Shown: positions 34,144-38,295 of the stretch, piece after piece | Layout: the number at the start of each line of letters is the position of its first letter | Position numbering within the stretch: the stretch's first letter is position 1 | NCBI GenBank assembly: GCA_036517135.1 | Contig: DATDXX010000041.1 | Span: forward strand, 1 to 38,295 | Source: Minisyncoccota bacterium | GTDB taxonomy: Bacteria; Patescibacteriota; Minisyncoccia; Phycocordibacterales; CAIRYW01 | DNA length: 38,295 bases | Direction of reading: 5' to 3' | Program-made: the position numbers and the translations under genes | The notes under the pieces: generated by a model | The model's database searches: none | The model's input: only the letters and a program-made list of their open reading frames with translations | What the model was told of the DNA's origin: nothing

Positions 34144-35151
34144 TCAAATCCTGTCTTTCTGCGCGGAAAAAAATATATTCCCTGCTTTGATACCGATTTT
34201 ACCTAGAGCTTTTGAGATATAATTTTTCATTTCCTTTTCACTTTTGAAGGATATGTCCTTCCCGCCGTCAATAACTTTCCATACCTTAAGCTTTTCCAAG
34301 ACATCGAGCTTACTGAAAACCGCATGGGTAACACCGTTTATTTTTATCGCCTTTTCAAGCATTTGCATATTCATCCAGTTGCATTGCCGGGGCCTCCCTG
34401 TTGTTGCTCCATATTCTTCGCCAATATCCCTCATTTTTTGAAAGATCGGTTCGTTCGGCTCGAACTTTTTAAGCCCTACATAAGTTTCGTAGATTTTAGC
34501 GACACCCCAAACGTTTTTTACGGCAGAATACGGAATGCCGTTTAAAAGCGCGCCAGCTGTCGTGCAGTGGCTTGAAGTAACATATGGATAATCGCCCCAG
34601 TCGATATCAAGTCCGAAGCCTTGCGCGCCTTCGCATAAAATATTTAAATTTTTATTTTTTCCGTCCGAAAATTCGTCGTAAAGATCAATTAGATAGGGCT
34701 TGAGTTCAGAAAGGGATTCGGCGCGTATTCCTGTCCGCGCATATTTGTCTCTGTAGGCAGGACCGTTGCCGCGCTTTGTTGTGCCAATTTTTCCTCCTGA
34801 ACCGTCTTCTTCTTTATGCTTTGGCGTAATTATGTGAGTATTACGCGCAACAAAAATCTTTTCCTTTACATCAATTCCACCGTCTTCAAGCTCTTTAATT
34901 TCTTTCAAAAATTGCTCCGGATCAAGAACACAGCCGGAGCCGATAATGGACTTCACTCCAAAAAATACTCCTGCTGGAATATGGTGTGTTACGAATTTCT
35001 TGCCATCATGATAGATGGTGTGTCCCGCATTGCATCCGCCATTATAGCGAAGAACGTGAGTGTATTTTTTCTTCTTGCATAAATGATGCGCCACTTTTCC
35101 TTTGGCGCAATCCCCGTACTGCAAGTCAACGATGATATCTGTTTTAATCAA
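34144..35151 (-). CDS. purA: adenylosuccinate synthetase, short (335 aa) form
   Basis: P-loop-like DLQYGDCAKGKV, NAGHT, GTTKRGNGPAY, GAQGFGLDIDWGDYPYVTSS and GATTGRPR. The initiation codon is TTG. Confidence 0.88.
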   Translation of the reverse strand: MIKTDIIVDLQYGDCAKGKVAHHLCKKKKYTHVLRYNGGCNAGHTIYHDGKKFVTHHIPAGVFFGVKSIIGSGCVLDPEQFLKEIKELEDGGIDVKEKIFVARNTHIITPKHKEEDGSGGKIGTTKRGNGPAYRDKYARTGIRAESLSELKPYLIDLYDEFSDGKNKNLNILCEGAQGFGLDIDWGDYPYVTSSHCTTAGALLNGIPYSAVKNVWGVAKIYETYVGLKKFEPNEPIFQKMRDIGEEYGATTGRPRQCNWMNMQMLEKAIKINGVTHAVFSKLDVLEKLKVWKVIDGGKDISFKSEKEMKNYISKALGKIGIKAGNIFFSAQKDRI

Positions 35152-35201
35152 AACGCAATTATTCTACCATATACTTCCTTACCGTAGCACGAAAATCTGT
35201 G

Positions 35202-35229
35202 TTGACATCAAAAATTATTGTTGTAATCT
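35202..35229 (+). promoter_or_regulatory. promoter TTGACA-N16-TAATCT
   Basis: A consensus -35 box at 35202-35207 and TAATCT at 35224-35229, facing the non-coding unit. Confidence 0.5.
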
Positions 35230-35235
35230 AGAAAT

Positions 35236-35679
35236 AACTAACCTGCTCTTTGCAAATCGGCATCGAGCGCATCCAAAACTATACTTATGAACACCAAAGC
35301 GCAGGAGCCAGCATGGTGGCTCTTTTTGAAAATTATTTTCGTCCGCCAATTCCTTCTCGTCCCCTGGAAACGGGAGTCAGCGAGAATAACGAAGGTTTGG
35401 GAGGAAAAAAGACCGAAGATGCTGTGGGGTATCTTCGCAAACCAAGGTGTGCAAACTGTCGATGCAGCAAGACACTTCGTTATCGTCAAGACATCGTTTG
35501 GTCATGCGAGAATGAAGATAAATGCGGGATTTTTTGTAAGAGCGCACGTGGGTGCTTACTGTTACATCAAAGTCCGCAGAAGCCGCCTCAACCCAGACAA
35601 ACTCCAAGTCCGGCTTGCATGATTTCTTCGATGTCGTCCGTAACCGTTCTCACTAAATGAAAGTGTGAACGGTTTTTTT
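35236..35679 (+). ncRNA. candidate structured RNA (about 440 nt) with RNase P RNA-like patches; class unassigned
   Basis: The unit is bounded by a promoter and by the terminator accgttctcac-N9-gtgtgaacggt plus T7 (35643-35679). Four overlapping ORFs of 76-136 aa, two on each strand, all have implausible sequences. The region is locally GC-enriched and has many GNRA or short hairpins. Patches GCAAACUGUCGAUG, GUAAGAGCGCAC, AAAGUCCG, ACAAACUCCA and CCGGCUU occur in the same order as similar strings in E. coli M1 RNA (from memory). Confidence 0.45.
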
Positions 35680-35787
35680 ATCCAGCACCAATTTCACAGA
35701 ATTAACACAAAGTGGATACCTAGAAATGTGAAATAAACATAGCGCAAACTTATTTACTTTTCTTCACTAAAATTGGTGCTGGATTTA
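35677..35787 (+). repeat. roughly 110-bp TIR element, copy B
   Basis: The left arm tttatccagcaccaattt (35677-35694) is identical to copy A. The right arm aaattggtgctggat (35770-35784) matches at 15 of 18 positions. The interior is homologous to copy A in the same orientation. Confidence 0.8.
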
Positions 35788-35887
35788 TTTTGTAACAGAA
35801 ATTGTTTTTGAAGATTTTGTGCTATCATCTCAATATTGAATGCACCCGAACTAGGCGGTAACCTAGAACCGACAACATACCCTGACC

Positions 35888-36100
35888 ATGCTCGCCCCTC
35901 GTTACATACCTGAAGTAATTTTTCACGCTGGCTTGCCACCGCAACCGATACGGCAAATCAGAGTCCTCGTCGACGATGAGAAAATCTTAGGCAAGCTTCT
36001 TACTGAGGTGCTCCCAGAAGCAGACGCTAAAGGAATTCTCTTCCGGCGCAAAATAAAAAAAGTCGAGGAGCGCTACTGCCTCTACTGCGCGCGTAGATAA
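35888..36100 (+). CDS. hypothetical small basic protein (70 aa)
   Basis: The ORF is followed 4 nt later by a strong plus-strand terminator. I recognised no motif. Confidence 0.45.
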   Translation: MLAPRYIPEVIFHAGLPPQPIRQIRVLVDDEKILGKLLTEVLPEADAKGILFRRKIKKVEERYCLYCARR

Positions 36101-36104
36101 TCCA

Positions 36105-36140
36105 CCACCCAGATTCTTCTAGGAATCTGGGTGGTTTTTT
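36105..36140 (+). terminator. rho-independent terminator
   Basis: ccacccagattc-ttctag-gaatctgggtgg followed by T6. Confidence 0.85.
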
Positions 36141-36178
36141 ATATCTGTATAGCTACCGATTAGAGAAGATCCCGAATC

Positions 36179-38179
36179 CTAAGGATTCTGCTCGTCGCAA
36201 TGGCCTGGGCCGATTGTGCCCTCGTTGAAAGAGCCCAGAGTGCCCGCCCAACCCACTACTTGAGTGCGTAGAGCATGCTTCTTGCCGAGAGCCGAGAAGC
36301 TTGCCGGCGTGTAGGAGTCAAAGAAATCTTCTGCGCTAGTAATGGCACTTGCCACGCCAGCAGGCGCTGCAGCACCGTTCAGCACATTTAGCTTCGCCGC
36401 CATGTATTGATGAGCAAGATTGTAGTAGGCATTGCCGGAGGGTGACGTCCAGAACACCGAGAACCATGTGAATGGAGGAACATTCGGTCCGACGACAGGA
36501 TATGAATTTACTGTGGTGAAGAATCCTGAAAGCTCTGCAAGGGTCGTTATGTTGTCCCAGTTGTCATCAGTCGGAGCGCCGCCCTTGAATGAATCGTTGT
36601 GCGTCTTCCAATAGCCCTGGGTCAGAGTACAGCCTTGGAAGCAATCGGTGACGGTAATGTGCACATTCCAATTGTCCGCTCCGGGCGTCTGCGTGTCGTT
36701 TGTGACGAATCGCGCTTCGTTCGGCCAATCATTCTCACCACATTCTAAAATGACATCAGCGGGGGCATCTGTGCCGAAAGTGATGGTGTATTGGAATAGC
36801 TCGCTGTCGCTACCATCTCCGGCGCATACGACTTGTCCTTGAGGACCCTCGGCATTTGTGTCGTTTACTGTGATGCATTCGTCTATCTCATTATCTGGAG
36901 CGCCCCACACTACCGGAGCATTGGCTGTGCCGCCAGAAATACCATCCACTCCCACTTCTACCGTATTTTGCGTATCAACGGGGCCTGCCACATTCTTGCT
37001 GTAAGTGCAATTGATGGACTCTCCCGGTCCGAGAACGACAGGTATTGAAGGGGCGCAGACGACAGGCGTCACGAGCCCGGTGATATCAAGCAAATCAGTG
37101 ACGGATGTGATATTCATCGCCGGATTGCCTTGGGGGTTCGTGATAGTAATCGTCCCGCTTACTGTGTGATTTGTATCTGTCGATGTGGCGCTGACGAGCA
37201 CATCGTAATTCACATCAAAGAGCTGTCCGTCGGTAATATCTAGGTCCGTCTGGTCGGCGCGCTTGTCAATTGTCCAATGCCACTCACGGTCATACGAGGT
37301 CTCTGCCGTCTTTTCTATCACAAGCGGCTGTACAGGGTCGATAGTGAACGGCTCGCAGACTCCCACAACGGGTTCATAGTTGGCATCTCCTCCGTATCTA
37401 GCGAGGAAAGAATAGCTCCCTGCGGCTAGCGCGGGGTAATCAACAGACTCTGCCATTCCCCCGCTTGATGTGTATATGGCTCCGTCAATAGGAGGATTCA
37501 AATCGCATGTCCCGTTGCCGTAGAGCACAATCGTCACATCGCCCGTTGGCGCTGGGCCGGACACGACGATTGTCGCCTTGTCGTGCACTGTCGTGCCTTC
37601 AAACACAGAGCCATTTGTGATATCTATGTGAGCCGGGTCATGGACTTCCGTGTGCACTTCTGAAGGAAGCTTCTCAAAGGTAGTGGCGGCTGGGGTGTTG
37701 GCGCCGACTGGCGTCACATTGCCGCCTAGATGTGATGTGCCCCCAGAATATACTGCAGAGGCATTGAGGAATCCTCCCGAGACATCAGCCGAGCTGACCA
37801 CATATGTGGCAAGCGAGCCGACGAAGGGAGTGCTGGTGCTCACAAGAGGAATTACCCCGCCATCGACATCGTTGTTTGTGCCATCTGGCGCAATGATGTC
37901 TAAATCGCCGCCTTCGTAATTGCAATTTGTGCCGCCGGCGTGGCTAAGAGTGGCGCGATACTTGATGGTCTCGCCCGGCGTCACAGTACCGGCGCCGACT
38001 GGCGTCGTGCCATCAGCGCGCAATACCGTAAGCGAAAGAGAGACGCCTGTGGAATCGCATCCGCCCGGGCTTGTGTGTGCATTCGCGGGAGTTATAGAAA
38101 ATAAAAACCCAAACGCCGCGAGAGCCATAATGGCTGTCATGGCTAGAGCGCGCCCGAACGACTTATTTAATATATGCAT
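36179..38179 (-). CDS. large secreted/cell-surface protein with Ig-like repeats and a Cys-containing C-terminal GYWKTH domain
   Basis: 666 aa with signal/anchor MTAIMALAAFGFLFSITPANA. It has bacterial Ig-like patterns (TVHDKATIVVSGPAPTGDVTIVLYGNGTC...GSYSFLARYGGDANYEP), is rich in T/G/V/D/N, and has a C-terminal CTLTQGYWKTH...AHQYMAAKLN block. Confidence 0.85.
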   Translation of the reverse strand: MHILNKSFGRALAMTAIMALAAFGFLFSITPANAHTSPGGCDSTGVSLSLTVLRADGTTPVGAGTVTPGETIKYRATLSHAGGTNCNYEGGDLDIIAPDGTNNDVDGGVIPLVSTSTPFVGSLATYVVSSADVSGGFLNASAVYSGGTSHLGGNVTPVGANTPAATTFEKLPSEVHTEVHDPAHIDITNGSVFEGTTVHDKATIVVSGPAPTGDVTIVLYGNGTCDLNPPIDGAIYTSSGGMAESVDYPALAAGSYSFLARYGGDANYEPVVGVCEPFTIDPVQPLVIEKTAETSYDREWHWTIDKRADQTDLDITDGQLFDVNYDVLVSATSTDTNHTVSGTITITNPQGNPAMNITSVTDLLDITGLVTPVVCAPSIPVVLGPGESINCTYSKNVAGPVDTQNTVEVGVDGISGGTANAPVVWGAPDNEIDECITVNDTNAEGPQGQVVCAGDGSDSELFQYTITFGTDAPADVILECGENDWPNEARFVTNDTQTPGADNWNVHITVTDCFQGCTLTQGYWKTHNDSFKGGAPTDDNWDNITTLAELSGFFTTVNSYPVVGPNVPPFTWFSVFWTSPSGNAYYNLAHQYMAAKLNVLNGAAAPAGVASAITSAEDFFDSYTPASFSALGKKHALRTQVVGWAGTLGSFNEGTIGPGHCDEQNP

Positions 38180-38295
38180 AATAAAATTAATTAGCTACTA
38201 ATTTCTAATAAACTATAGAGCAAAGAGCTCCGCTAATGGTAGAGCTACGCGGAAAAGGTGTCAATGTTGACCTTTTGCAATATCTTCATCCAAAA

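Noticed and set aside
35287-35327. Possible Trp-attenuation leader peptide: MNTKAQEPAWW with tandem UGG codons lying in a hairpin followed by T5
   Set aside because: The reading frame does not stop after the Trp codons and continues for 111 codons. No trp genes follow, and the locus is 18 kb from trpE. The tandem TGG is part of the hairpin GAGCCAGCATGGTGGCTC, so I regard it as coincidental.
38228-38268. tRNA-like fragment (gagctccgctaatggtagagc resembles a D-arm) and the imperfect palindrome aaaaggtgtcaatgttgacctttt
   Set aside because: No anticodon arm, T-arm (GTTCRANYC) or acceptor pairing can be built. It is probably promoter or operator sequence for the surface-protein gene, and it lies too close to the window edge to interpret.
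1-38295. Alternative genetic code (UGA read as Gly or Trp, as in some small-genome lineages)
   Set aside because: Long housekeeping ORFs are intact under the standard code. UGA also serves as the stop in several ATGA overlaps (27608-27611, 12295-12298).

Overview
This is a 38.3-kb, gene-dense window (about 45 CDS) read with the standard genetic code. ATGA start/stop overlaps show that UGA is a stop codon. It looks like a chromosomal segment of a small-genome bacterium, possibly CPR/Patescibacteria-like. That placement is only an inference, drawn from several housekeeping proteins that are shorter than usual: UvrC 424 aa without the C-terminal HhH2 domain, Zwf 395 aa, PurA 335 aa and a MIP channel of 195 aa.

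Contents in order:
- Two divergent tRNA-Ala genes.
- TrmO-like, spermidine-synthase-like membrane fusion, IMPase-family and Ddl genes.
- A uvrC-uvrA-uvrB cluster.
- tgt plus an FKBP isomerase.
- A solitary trpE behind a clear T-box leader, divergently paired with a TrpR-family gene whose -10 box is overlapped by a CTAG-N4-CTAG operator-like palindrome.
- A tight zwf-queD-gnd-cyclase-hydrolase operon.
- MarR, a MIP channel and membrane proteins.
- A MacAB-like exporter plus a cupredoxin.
- DedA, two tandem GT2 paralogues and a GH18 hydrolase.
- guaA and purA.
- A roughly 440-nt promoter-to-terminator unit that looks non-coding and has RNase P RNA-like sequence patches.
- A roughly 110-bp element with 18-bp terminal inverted repeats, present twice.
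- A GC-rich 666-aa secreted Ig-like protein.

I saw no CRISPR array, transposase, integrase or rRNA.

Most interesting observations:
- The T-box / TrpR-like / lone trpE regulatory module.
- An in-frame 53-bp palindromic insertion inside uvrB.
- The repeated TIR element that sits on terminator T-tracts.
- The unassigned structured-RNA locus.
- A pentose-phosphate operon that lacks pgl but carries two hydrolases.

All calls rest on reading the sequence and on remembered family motifs. No database search was run.
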